64,000 bases of DNA. It comes from a virus (lineage: Duplodnaviria > Caudoviricetes). Made by a program: the position numbers and the translations under genes. Shown here piece after piece: positions 36,417 to 44,828 of this stretch (its first letter is position 1; each line of letters opens with the position of its first letter). Location of the stretch: positions 1-64,000 of IMG/VR virus record IMGVR_UViG_2597490201_000002. One strand, given 5' to 3'. The notes under the pieces were generated by a model, which was not told the origin of the DNA, made no database searches, and saw only the letters and a list, made by a program, of their open reading frames with translations.

Positions 36417-36717
36417 TGTGAGCGAGTTCATCGTCGTAGCGCCGGCGATGCTGGGGAAAGCCGTCGAATGGGCGGAGCCGCGGCTGCTCGAATTCTTAGG
36501 CGATCAGTTCCCGAGCTATCGCTTCCGCATCGAGCCTTTCGGGCCATTCGCAGACGACGAAGAATTCACAGTGATCCCGATCATGAACCGGCCGCCTGTG
36601 CCTGGCGAAGATCGTGATCCTGACGAGTTGCACATGTGCCAGCTCCACCCCGAAGCCATTCCGCAGATTCAGCAGGCTCTGCGTTCATTCGATCCAGACA
36701 AGACCAGGAGCCACTGA
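36403..36717 (+). CDS. Hypothetical protein (SOS-boxed operon gene 2)
   Basis: Overlapping operon ORF of 104 aa. Confidence 0.6.
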   Translation: MSQHDVSEFIVVAPAMLGKAVEWAEPRLLEFLGDQFPSYRFRIEPFGPFADDEEFTVIPIMNRPPVPGEDRDPDELHMCQLHPEAIPQIQQALRSFDPDKTRSH

Positions 36718-36974
36718 TGCAGACCGCGCGTATAGACCACAACAGCCGAGTTACCCACTACGTGGTGCAGGCCTATCGGAAGATGGGGAAGAAGATCGTC
36801 GCCGACGAACCGAAGATCGCGACCGACGAGCGGCACTGCTTGCGGATGGCAGAGGCCGCCGCGCCGCGCCGCCATGGCGTTATCGCCTTCTCACGAACCG
36901 GCGATGCCGATACGGGCGACTTCGACGATCCGGTGATCCTTGCCACCCACGGCGAAGTGCCTGAAATGTCCTGA
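36717..36974 (+). CDS. Small conserved protein (SOS-boxed operon gene 3), homolog of 13475..13726
   Basis: GVIAFSRTGDADTGDFDDPVILATHGEVPE. Confidence 0.7.
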   Translation: MQTARIDHNSRVTHYVVQAYRKMGKKIVADEPKIATDERHCLRMAEAAAPRRHGVIAFSRTGDADTGDFDDPVILATHGEVPEMS

Positions 36975-37040
36975 CGCTTCTACAGGCCCTGTATGGCTCC
37001 GGCACGCGATGCTTCAGCCATATCGAAGGGGCGGAAAAGC

Positions 37041-37067
37041 AAAGGCCCCGCCGAGGCGAGGCCTTTT
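37041..37067. terminator. Bidirectional intrinsic terminator
   Basis: aaaggccccgcc-ga-ggcgaggcctttt between convergent transcription units. Confidence 0.75.
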
Positions 37068-37156
37068 ACAGCACCATACGAGAGTTTGCTTTCACTCCGG
37101 TGTATGGTGGCCCCTGGTGGGGTCTTAATGCCGATCCTTTCGGAGAGCGGCTGACG
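37041..37156 (-). ncRNA. Structured RNA downstream of PemK toxin (pemK-motif-like; candidate RNA antitoxin)
   Basis: TTGACG-17-TATGTT promoter at the gene end; three stem-loops (tcc-gaaa-gga, cccc/gggg, accatac/gtatggt) followed by a terminator. Confidence 0.6.
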
Positions 37157-37172
37157 CGTGAAACATAATGTT

Positions 37173-37598
37173 TCATGGGGTTTTCGTCAAGGAAGAAAGC
37201 CCAAGGCTATTGAGCAGACAATGATGCGCGGTCAGCAGAAGTTCCTTGCCGACGGGTGCTTTTAGGTACTGCCGATTACCGGAACGGTCTTTCCCTAGCC
37301 GGATCAAGTCTATGCGGTGAAAGCCGACGGTATTCACCATATCGCCTTTGATCCACATGGTTGGGGAATCGTACGGCTCGGGCAGTGCAAACGGGAGCGC
37401 GATCTCTGCATGATATGGCATGACCACGTTCGGGGCGGTGGTGCTGAGGGCAACTACCGTGCAAAGACCTGGCCTCGTCGCAATCTGCGGACAGATAACC
37501 AACGCTGGACGGCGTTTTATCATTTCCGGGGTGCGGAAGCCCTGATCGAAGTCAACAATAACGACGGCACCTTGGCCCGGATGATACTGAATCGCCAT
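37173..37598 (-). CDS. PemK/MazF-family toxin (YifN-like)
   Basis: GAVVIVDF..GF..PEMIKRRPALVI...TVVALSTT...WIKGDMVNTVGFHRI. Confidence 0.85.
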   Translation of the reverse strand: MAIQYHPGQGAVVIVDFDQGFRTPEMIKRRPALVICPQIATRPGLCTVVALSTTAPNVVMPYHAEIALPFALPEPYDSPTMWIKGDMVNTVGFHRIDLIRLGKDRSGNRQYLKAPVGKELLLTAHHCLLNSLGLSSLTKTP

Positions 37599-37700
37599 TG
37601 CCGATATTTACGCTAGGCCGGTTAATTTAACCAAGCGGATTTCAGGTCCAAAGTCGTCAACTCAGCGCTGCGATCTTCGCCAGTTCATCAGCCGTCCCGA

Positions 37701-38054
37701 CTACCAGCCGCACGTTTCTCGAACTGGCGCAAGCGCTGTCTCCAATCCGGCAAGGTTGAACGTAACTTCGATGGCCGGTTCGCTCACCGTCAGCGTCTGA
37801 GCGAATAGGGAATTCGCCCCGATGAACTGTTTGATCGATCGAATAGCCTGCCCGCTCGGGATCATTAGAGACGTTCTGTCGTTGGAAGCAATCATCTGAA
37901 CCGCGAACGCTGGGTTGCTGTCAGCCCTGAAAGTCACTTTACCCAAGCCGCCAATGTCCGAGGTGTAGAGAGACGTGCTCTTGTGCGTTTGCCACGCGGT
38001 GGCTGGTGCCGCTGAGGCCATCACTACGATCAGACCGGTTGCCAGTGCCCTCAT
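37701..38054 (-). CDS. Exported protein in immunity region 2
   Basis: Signal peptide; C-terminal VTFNLAGLETALAPVRETCGW. Confidence 0.6.
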   Translation of the reverse strand: MRALATGLIVVMASAAPATAWQTHKSTSLYTSDIGGLGKVTFRADSNPAFAVQMIASNDRTSLMIPSGQAIRSIKQFIGANSLFAQTLTVSEPAIEVTFNLAGLETALAPVRETCGW

Positions 38055-38062
38055 GCTTCCCC

Positions 38063-38803
38063 CTACAGCGGTAAGTCGTTTCTCACCGATCTTACCAAAG
38101 CAATAATCTCGACGCTCACGCCATCGTCGGCCTGGGTGTCGCGCTTCACTACGATAGGCATGAGGCTTTTGTCCGACGAGCGCGGGTGAAACTCGATCCT
38201 GTCCTCATAGAGTTCGATCTGCTTCACTGACCATTCGCGGGTGTGGCCTCCATCGCGGGTGCGCTCGACGACAACGACCAAGCCATCCTTGATCCTCACC
38301 TGGTGAGCGACATCCTCATAGGCAACGCCGATGATGCGGTCGCCGGGGAGGATGGGGCGGGGATGAAGCTCATTCATAGAGATTCCATCAACGTCCCACG
38401 CCATACGGCGGGCGTTCGGGAATTTCTCGTCAGGCGGCTCCCAGACGCGTTCTGGTGCCGACTGGTCGAATTCGTTGGCTTCCCTGAATACGCCGGCTGC
38501 GACCTTGCCGTTGACCTTGATTGGCAGCAGCGGACGATGATGCGCCGGCACGATCTCAGAAGGCTCGGTTGGTTGCTGGGCCACTTCATCCGCGTCTGAC
38601 GTCAGCCACTCCACAGGTTGCTGAAGATAGTCGGCAAGTCCCTGCAGGTTTGCTCCTCGAGGGAATGCTGATCGCCCCTGCTTTATGGCTCGCAAGAGGT
38701 CAGGGTTCTTTCCTCCAGTGGCAGCCAGAGATGCGGCGCGATCACTAGTTCCGGGGTGCAGTTCGTCAATGCGGGCGCGGATGCGCTCATAGGCTGTCGT
38801 CAT
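38063..38803 (-). CDS. CI-like repressor 2 (HTH + S24 peptidase)
   Basis: SDRAASLAATGGKNPDLLRAIKQGRS HTH; VAAG cleavage site, GISMN and SVKQ catalytic residues. Confidence 0.88.
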   Translation of the reverse strand: MTTAYERIRARIDELHPGTSDRAASLAATGGKNPDLLRAIKQGRSAFPRGANLQGLADYLQQPVEWLTSDADEVAQQPTEPSEIVPAHHRPLLPIKVNGKVAAGVFREANEFDQSAPERVWEPPDEKFPNARRMAWDVDGISMNELHPRPILPGDRIIGVAYEDVAHQVRIKDGLVVVVERTRDGGHTREWSVKQIELYEDRIEFHPRSSDKSLMPIVVKRDTQADDGVSVEIIALVRSVRNDLPL

Positions 38804-38805
38804 GT

Positions 38806-38895
38806 GCGGCATTCTTGCCGCTCCCCTCTATGAAAACTAGCGGCACGTGTGCCGCATTTTGTGCTTGACGATGCGGCACAACTGCCGCATACAAT
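38806..38895. promoter_or_regulatory. OR-like region 2: three GCGGCA-N4-TGCCGC operators and PR
   Basis: Operators at 38806-38821, 38840-38855 and 38873-38888; TTGACG at 38865-38870. Confidence 0.85.
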
Positions 38896-38901
38896 TCGGG
38901 C

Positions 38902-39243
38902 ATGGACCTGAGAACTCAACTCGTCACCGTCGCAGATGCATACGGCCTTCTCACGGGTCGCGGACGCAAGCGTGTCTCCACCATGGCCCTCAAGCAGGGC
39001 AATCGGCTGGACGAATTCGCAAGTGGCCTGCGCAGCCCAACTGTCGAGGTGCTTGAGCGGGCGATGAGGTGGTTTTCAGAAAACTGGCCCGATGGCGAGC
39101 CGTGGCCAGATGGGGTCGGGCGCCCAATCAACCCCGCCCTTTTTGACGAGCAGTTCGATCCAAAATTGAGGGAGCCGCAGCATGACCCTTCCATCCGATA
39201 TCCCCGAAGACATCGCCGATCGTGCTGCCATCCTCATGGATGA
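38902..39243 (+). CDS. Cro-like regulator 2
   Basis: LVTVADAYG...VSTMALKQGNRLD...ERAMRWFSENWPDG..WPDGV.RP; divergent from CI2. Confidence 0.75.
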   Translation: MDLRTQLVTVADAYGLLTGRGRKRVSTMALKQGNRLDEFASGLRSPTVEVLERAMRWFSENWPDGEPWPDGVGRPINPALFDEQFDPKLREPQHDPSIRYPRRHRRSCCHPHG

Positions 39244-39565
39244 GCTTCGGCACATCGAAGACGATCTCGAATACACGGCTAGGATCATCATGGCGGTGGA
39301 AGCGTCTGGCCCCGTTGGTCTGAGCAAGAAGCAGGCGAACGCGCTGGCCTTTATCGAAGGCTTTATCGACGATCGCGGCTATTCGCCGACCTTCGAGGAA
39401 ATCTCTCACGGCCTCGGCCTGAGTAGCCGCAGCGGCGCACATCGTGTCGTGCAGCAGCTCATTGAGCGCGGCGCTGTCCGTCGCATGGCAGGGCGCGCGC
39501 AGACCATCGTCATCGTGAAAAACGGCGATGTAAGCACTGCTCACAAAAATTCTGAGGTGGCGTAA
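39182..39565 (+). CDS. LexA-type DNA-binding domain protein (no peptidase)
   Basis: LSKKQANALAFI...GYSPTFEEISHGLGLSSRSGAHRVVQQLIERG. Confidence 0.8.
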   Translation: MTLPSDIPEDIADRAAILMDELRHIEDDLEYTARIIMAVEASGPVGLSKKQANALAFIEGFIDDRGYSPTFEEISHGLGLSSRSGAHRVVQQLIERGAVRRMAGRAQTIVIVKNGDVSTAHKNSEVA

Positions 39566-40675
39566 ATGGCCGTCGAGGACAGCGTAGCGCAGGATCAAAT
39601 CCGCGCCTTCGTCGAACGCATTGAGCGTCTCGAGGAAGAGAAGAAGGCAATCGCCGAAGATATAAAATCGATCTACAGCGAAGCCCGCGGAAACGGGTTC
39701 GACGTCAAGATCCTCCGCCGTGTCGTTGGCATCCGCAAACAGGACGCTAACGAGCGCATGGAGCAGGAGGCTATCCTTGAGCTCTACATGTCCGCCCTGG
39801 GCATGGTCCCTGCGCCGGATGAGGAAGTTTACGACGGTGAGCGCGAGCGCCTGAATTCGATCGCTGCTCAGCTGCGCGCCGCGCCGACCAAGCCAAAGGC
39901 TGATCCTCTGGCCGCTCTGCGCGCTGATCCGGCCCTCGCCATCGTCGAGGCCGCGGCCATCACACCGAAACCCCAGCCGACCAAAGCGGCTGGCAGCGAC
40001 CTGACCTCCCTTGCCCCACATGAGGGTCAGGTCGCACCAATTCAGCCGGAAACGGCGAACGAGGCAGGCGACGAAGTTGGTCACGTCGCCCTGGACGCTG
40101 CTGACCACAGCTTGGATGGAACCGGCAATGCTGCCACCCAGCACAACCCAGGAGGCGAAAATGTAGATGCTCCTGACGTACCCGCGACCCATGAACATGA
40201 CCGCGCAGCTGAGGCTGACGCGCCTGGTAAGCCGGCGGAGGTTTCGGCCTCTGTCGCTCCGGCATCCAAATACTCCGAGCCCGGCGTCGTAGTGTGGGAA
40301 CACACTCCGCCCGAGCCAGTGCGCCGCCATCGATACAGCGAAGCTTTCGGGGTTCTCGGCCAAGACCTGGTTGTGATCGATGACGACATCGCTGGCGCGA
40401 AGTCGGACCCGATCGTCCGCATCGGGAATGAAATCCTCGACGGCTGGGCCAGGTACAACGTCGCCCGCGGCATGATCGGCGGAAGCGGCATGTCTACGGA
40501 ATATCCGGTCATGCAGTACGCGGGCACCGATCCGCTGCTCGACTGCATCCGCATGAACATCGCCGGCCGCGTGCTGTCCCCGAAGGACAAGCAGACGGTT
40601 GCTCAGCGTCTTATCGCCATCGAGCCCAAGCGTAAGGCTGAAATCCTCAAAGCGATGGCGGAGCTGGCGATATGA
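39566..40675 (+). CDS. GapR (DUF2312) domain fused to ParB-like C-terminal region
   Basis: [48 protein letters not shown] is GapR; [16 protein letters not shown] is ParB-like. Confidence 0.8.
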   Translation: MAVEDSVAQDQIRAFVERIERLEEEKKAIAEDIKSIYSEARGNGFDVKILRRVVGIRKQDANERMEQEAILELYMSALGMVPAPDEEVYDGERERLNSIAAQLRAAPTKPKADPLAALRADPALAIVEAAAITPKPQPTKAAGSDLTSLAPHEGQVAPIQPETANEAGDEVGHVALDAADHSLDGTGNAATQHNPGGENVDAPDVPATHEHDRAAEADAPGKPAEVSASVAPASKYSEPGVVVWEHTPPEPVRRHRYSEAFGVLGQDLVVIDDDIAGAKSDPIVRIGNEILDGWARYNVARGMIGGSGMSTEYPVMQYAGTDPLLDCIRMNIAGRVLSPKDKQTVAQRLIAIEPKRKAEILKAMAELAI

Positions 40676-41085
40676 GGTCGCGCCACACCAATAGCTTTGT
40701 TCGCAACTGCTCTGCTGGGTTCGCACTCGTCTTTGCATTTGCCTTCGTGCTCGGCGTTGTTGGGGGCCTGACCTGATGTCAGCTTTTCCCGCCATCAATT
40801 ATGAACCAGCCAGGCAGCCCCCAGATGGGGCGCACTCTGGGTTTCAGTTTCGGGCTGTCCCTCCGGCCCGAAGGCGAGTGTCGCCGCTTGCGATCCTCCT
40901 CCCCGTAAACCGGGGCACTCGCCAAATCATTCGAGGCCTTAGCCGCGCCAACGGCTGCCGGCCTCATACCTTCGCGCATCAGCTGCCAGTGAAGCTCTTC
41001 GCTGCTGCGCTCATCCATCGTCGTTCACGCCTTTCGTCGTCCATCTCTCTCGTTGGCTTTGACGCTAACGAGAACGGATTGACCT

Positions 41086-41496
41086 TTGCGCAAACATTCT
41101 TTGCTTCCGGAGCAAACCCCGATGACTGACTACACCGTCGTCGATGAGGCCGCCCATTGGGCTGACTGGCTGGTTCGCCGCGAACATCGCGGTCCCGGCG
41201 ATACGGTCGAAGCCGCAAGGCAGCGCGCCGCCCGGAAATACAAGCTGCCCGAGCGTCTGCTTTGGGCGCTCCGCTATCGCAAGCCCAAGCGGATCTGGGC
41301 TGACCTTTACGTGAAACTTCAAGAGGCGGTCGAAAGCGAAATCGCCCGTCAGGAGAGGGCACTTGAGCACGACATCGCAATCACCCGAGCCCGGCAGCTT
41401 ACGCCGTCTGGCAGTGCTGCTGTTGCACAGGCTGAGGCTTTTCTGGCTTCGCCGCATCAGCCGGAAGCACGAGCGGCTTCCGACCGAGCCGCGTGA
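41086..41496 (+). CDS. Conserved phage regulatory protein
   Basis: LVRREHRGPGDTVEAARQRAARKY...LWALRYRKPK. The start may be at 41122. Confidence 0.6.
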   Translation: MRKHSLLPEQTPMTDYTVVDEAAHWADWLVRREHRGPGDTVEAARQRAARKYKLPERLLWALRYRKPKRIWADLYVKLQEAVESEIARQERALEHDIAITRARQLTPSGSAAVAQAEAFLASPHQPEARAASDRAA

Positions 41497-41517
41497 GAAA
41501 CCCAAGGGGCCGCTCGA

Positions 41518-41724
41518 ATGAAGACCGCGCTCAAGCCCCAACTGACCCAGTGCGAAGGCAAGAAAGCCTACGCGACCTATCACGAGGCAACAGCGCACCG
41601 CCTGAAGATGCACGGCCTCCAAGCATACCGCTGCCCGCACTGCGGACAGTTCCATCTCGGAAACAAGCCGAAGGGATTGGGGCGTCCTAAGCCTCCTCCG
41701 CCGGCGATCGAACTGGAGTTCTGA
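41518..41724 (+). CDS. Small Zn-finger protein
   Basis: CEGKKAY...AYRCPHCGQFHL. Confidence 0.6.
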   Translation: MKTALKPQLTQCEGKKAYATYHEATAHRLKMHGLQAYRCPHCGQFHLGNKPKGLGRPKPPPPAIELEF

Positions 41725-41727
41725 TCG

Positions 41728-41922
41728 ATGTACCTCGACTTCGACATGTCGGTTTGGTCATGGCCGCAGTGGACGTTCATGTCCATCTACGTGATCAGCG
41801 TCGTGATGGCGGCTTTCCTGCACGGTCATCGACGGACTGGCGAACATAGCTTCCCCGTTTCGATCACGATGTCGGCTCTGGGCATATTCGTCCTGACCGC
41901 CGGCGGCTTCTTCGGAGGCTGA
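41728..41922 (+). CDS. Small two-TM membrane protein
   Basis: WPQW...HGHRRTG...GGFF. Confidence 0.6.
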   Translation: MYLDFDMSVWSWPQWTFMSIYVISVVMAAFLHGHRRTGEHSFPVSITMSALGIFVLTAGGFFGG

Positions 41923-41923
41923 C

Positions 41924-42166
41924 ATGAACCGTTCTATGCCCAAGTCCCGTCAGCAGTTTCGCAAGGAACTGGCTATCGAAGAAGCCTTGAAATCAGGACT
42001 TCGCGCTCACGGCGTCACCCGTCATTCCCAGCGTGAAAAGCTCATGCGGAAGGCGGCATCGTCGAGGCCTGCCAATCTGCCCCAGATAGCCCGAGCGGAG
42101 TTGGCCAAATGGCGCCGCAACCGTGAAATCCAAAAGGCTCTCGATACTATCGCGGGGCAGGCATGA
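41924..42166 (+). CDS. Hypothetical basic protein
   Basis: GGAGG RBS; coupled to the methyltransferase. Confidence 0.5.
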   Translation: MNRSMPKSRQQFRKELAIEEALKSGLRAHGVTRHSQREKLMRKAASSRPANLPQIARAELAKWRRNREIQKALDTIAGQA

Positions 42167-43494
42167 CCATCCGGTACGGCAGCGTGTGCAGCGGGATCGA
42201 AGCGGCAACGATGGCCTGGCATGTGCTCGGCTGGGAACCGGCCTTCTTCTCCGAGATCGAGAAGTTTCCGTGTGCCGCGCTGGCTCACCACTATCCGCAC
42301 GTCCCCAATCACGGCGACATGACCAAGTTCCAGGAGTGGTCCGACCATGCAATTGACCTTCTTGTCGGAGGAACCCCCTGCCAGTCGTTCTCGGTCGCAG
42401 GCCTCCGAGCCGGATTGGCTGACCCCCGCGGCAACCTCATGCTCACCTATCTTGCCATTGCTGCACGATATCAGCCCCGCTGGCTGGTCTGGGAGAATGT
42501 CCCCGGTGTTTTGTCCAGCAACGGAGGACGGGATTTCGCTGCCCTCCTCAGGGGGCTGGGGGAACTCGGGTATGGGTTCGCCTACCGAGTGCTGGACGCT
42601 CAGTTCTGTCGAGCACATGGCTACGATTTCGCCGTCCCCCAGCGTCGACGCCGTGTGTTCGTTATCGGATATCTTGGAGACTGGCGACGTGCCGCAGCGG
42701 TACTATTTGACGGCCAAAGCATGCGGGGGGATCCTTCGCCGCGCCGAGAAGCGGGGCAAGCAGCTTCCGCCACAACTTCAGAGGGCGTTGGAAACAGTCG
42801 CCTTATCGGGGGCATAGACTACGAGGGCAACGGCCACGGCCCAGATGACGCTACCGGTCCGCTCTTAAAAGGTAGTTCGACAGGTGGCGGGCACCCACTA
42901 CCCGCGGCTGCATTTGCCGAACCCATCGTCCTCATGGAGCGCGGCCGCGGCGATGGTCCAAACTTGGAAACTCGCCAGGATGGGACGGCTAATGCGATCC
43001 TGACGCCTAACGGCGGACGTGGTGGCTTGGGAGTTGGCGCGGTTGCCTATGGCATTCAGGCCGGCGCTCTACGCGATAACCCGTCAAGCGGCCCTGATGG
43101 CGTAGGCGTTCAGTCCGACATTGCCTACACGGTCGAAGCGCGGGCCGAAGTGCAAGCTGTTGCCTTTGCGGAAAACAGCCGTGGAGAGCTTCGCTTGCAG
43201 GGCGGCGACGGCGCTGTCGCGCCACAACTGACCACAGGCGGCGGGAAGCCGGGCCAAGGCCAGCCATGCGTTGCAGAGGCTTGGCGCGTGCGCCGCCTAA
43301 CGCCCCGCGAGTGCGAACGCCTCCAAGGCTTCCCCGACGATTTCACTGCCATCCCTTATCGCGGCAAGCCGGCTGCGGATGGTCCTCGATACAAAGCCCT
43401 CGGCAATTCCATGGCCGTCAATGTCATGCGTGTGCTCGGCACTCGTATCGCGATGGTGGACGCCCTGGCTCAATCTCAAGAGGCAGCAGCATGA
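42163..43494 (+). CDS. C5 cytosine DNA methyltransferase
   Basis: SVCSGIEA, GGTPCQSFS, WENVPG, QRRRRVF, RRLTPRECERLQGFP and LGNSM. Confidence 0.92.
   Translation: MTIRYGSVCSGIEAATMAWHVLGWEPAFFSEIEKFPCAALAHHYPHVPNHGDMTKFQEWSDHAIDLLVGGTPCQSFSVAGLRAGLADPRGNLMLTYLAIAARYQPRWLVWENVPGVLSSNGGRDFAALLRGLGELGYGFAYRVLDAQFCRAHGYDFAVPQRRRRVFVIGYLGDWRRAAAVLFDGQSMRGDPSPRREAGQAASATTSEGVGNSRLIGGIDYEGNGHGPDDATGPLLKGSSTGGGHPLPAAAFAEPIVLMERGRGDGPNLETRQDGTANAILTPNGGRGGLGVGAVAYGIQAGALRDNPSSGPDGVGVQSDIAYTVEARAEVQAVAFAENSRGELRLQGGDGAVAPQLTTGGGKPGQGQPCVAEAWRVRRLTPRECERLQGFPDDFTAIPYRGKPAADGPRYKALGNSMAVNVMRVLGTRIAMVDALAQSQEAAA
42347..42817 (+). CDS. Nested alternative-frame ORF (M.EcoHK31I beta-subunit-like)
   Basis: +1 frame inside the methyltransferase; AGGAG RBS upstream; C-terminal SLSDILETGDVPQRYYLTAKACGGILRRAEKRGKQLP. 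Confidence 0.5.
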   Translation: MQLTFLSEEPPASRSRSQASEPDWLTPAATSCSPILPLLHDISPAGWSGRMSPVFCPATEDGISLPSSGGWGNSGMGSPTECWTLSSVEHMATISPSPSVDAVCSLSDILETGDVPQRYYLTAKACGGILRRAEKRGKQLPPQLQRALETVALSGA

Positions 43495-43534
43495 CCCATC
43501 CATTCCTATCCACTGGGAAGAAGAGGGCAGGGGA

Positions 43535-44107
43535 ATGACTGCCTGGCCTTTCGGCGCAATGCCGATGTTCTCTTTCGATGTCGTGATGGCCGATCCGCCG
43601 TGGTCCTTCGACAACTGGTCGGAGGGCGGAAACGCCAAAAACGCCAAGGCACAGTATGACTGCATGCCGACGCCTGACATCAAGCGTTTGCCCGTTGGGC
43701 ATCTGGCGGCAGGCGACTGCTGGCTGTGGCTCTGGGCCACCTATCCCATGCTCCCCGACGCGATCGAGGTGATGGACGCTTGGGGGTTCAGGTATGTGAC
43801 CGCTGGCCCTTGGGTTAAACGCGGCACTTCCGGCAAGCTCGCGATGGGCACCGGCTATGTGCTGCGCTCGTGCTCCGAGATCTTCCTCATCGGGAAGAAC
43901 GGCGAGCCAAAGACCCATGCCCGAGATGTTCGCAACGTCCTCGAGGCGCCGCGCCGCGAACACTCCCGCAAGCCAGACGAAGCCTATGCCATGGCTGAAA
44001 AGCTATTCGGCCCAGGCAGGCGTGCTGATCTCTTCTCGCGCGAAACTCGCCCCGGCTGGACGTCGTGGGGCAATGAATCGACCAAGTTCGATGAGGTAGC
44101 AGCATGA
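43535..44107 (+). CDS. MT-A70 family adenine methyltransferase
   Basis: ADPPW, LWLWAT, WGFRY, WVK, REHSRKPDE, LFSRE and WGNE. Confidence 0.9.
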   Translation: MTAWPFGAMPMFSFDVVMADPPWSFDNWSEGGNAKNAKAQYDCMPTPDIKRLPVGHLAAGDCWLWLWATYPMLPDAIEVMDAWGFRYVTAGPWVKRGTSGKLAMGTGYVLRSCSEIFLIGKNGEPKTHARDVRNVLEAPRREHSRKPDEAYAMAEKLFGPGRRADLFSRETRPGWTSWGNESTKFDEVAA

Positions 44108-44153
44108 CCTCCGTCCTCCAATCCCAGCACGAGCACTATGCCGAGGTGCGGCC

Positions 44154-44828
44154 ATGAATATGCGCTGGCTCCCTGAAGAACTGTTCCTGCCGATGCACAG
44201 GGCTGTTGACCTTCAAACCTATCCGTCTTGGCGAAGCATTCTCGCTCTTGTGGCGATGAAGCACGGCGTAATGCAGCGCGATATCCTCGGGTCTTGCCGT
44301 TTTCGCCATATCGTCGCGGCGCGTCATGAGGCTGTCCTGCTGATCTTCCGTCACACCAAGCTTTCGCGCGCTGCAATCGGCCGTCGGTTCGGTCGCGACC
44401 ATACGACTGTGCTTCATGTCCTTCGGAAGTTTGATGTCGAGGACAGACTGCTGGAAATGCCGCCTAGGCCGCAGAAAGCTGTGTCTGGCAGGCCTAACTA
44501 TCGACATAGCCTCAGAGGCCCAGACGGGCGCTTCTTGGTCAAGGGGAGCGAGCCTCCGAAGTCAGAGCGCGCCAAGAGAGCTGAAGCGATTCGTGAAGCG
44601 ATCAGGGAAGGCTATGCCGCGGGTGAAACGGCAATGTCGATTGCAGCCCGTTGCGGGTCGACGCCAGGTAGCGTCCGCGTCATTGCGCATCATATGGAAC
44701 TCACCAGCAAAACCAAACCTCACCTGCGCCATCTGACGCCGCAACAGCGCGAAGATCATCGCGTTCTGGTTGAGGTTGGCCGATATAGCAGCGCTGCTGC
44801 TCTCGAGATCGTTGGATCGCGCTCATGA
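44154..44828 (+). CDS. Protein with DnaA C-terminal HTH domain
   Basis: DILGSCR.RHIVAARH...LSRAAIGRRFGRDHTTVLH. Confidence 0.8.
   Translation: MNMRWLPEELFLPMHRAVDLQTYPSWRSILALVAMKHGVMQRDILGSCRFRHIVAARHEAVLLIFRHTKLSRAAIGRRFGRDHTTVLHVLRKFDVEDRLLEMPPRPQKAVSGRPNYRHSLRGPDGRFLVKGSEPPKSERAKRAEAIREAIREGYAAGETAMSIAARCGSTPGSVRVIAHHMELTSKTKPHLRHLTPQQREDHRVLVEVGRYSSAAALEIVGSRS

Noticed and set aside
39128-40798. 556-aa reverse-strand ORF and other long antisense ORFs (60690..61949, 17165..18265)
   Set aside because: Shadow ORFs opposite clearly recognisable genes in high-GC DNA.
43342-43380. Partial gapped match of unit A dinucleotides (gc.at.cc.ta.cg) to the element-2 MTase gene as a putative target
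   Set aside because: Only 5 consecutive dinucleotides match and the rest mostly mismatch. A match of this quality is expected by chance in a window this size.
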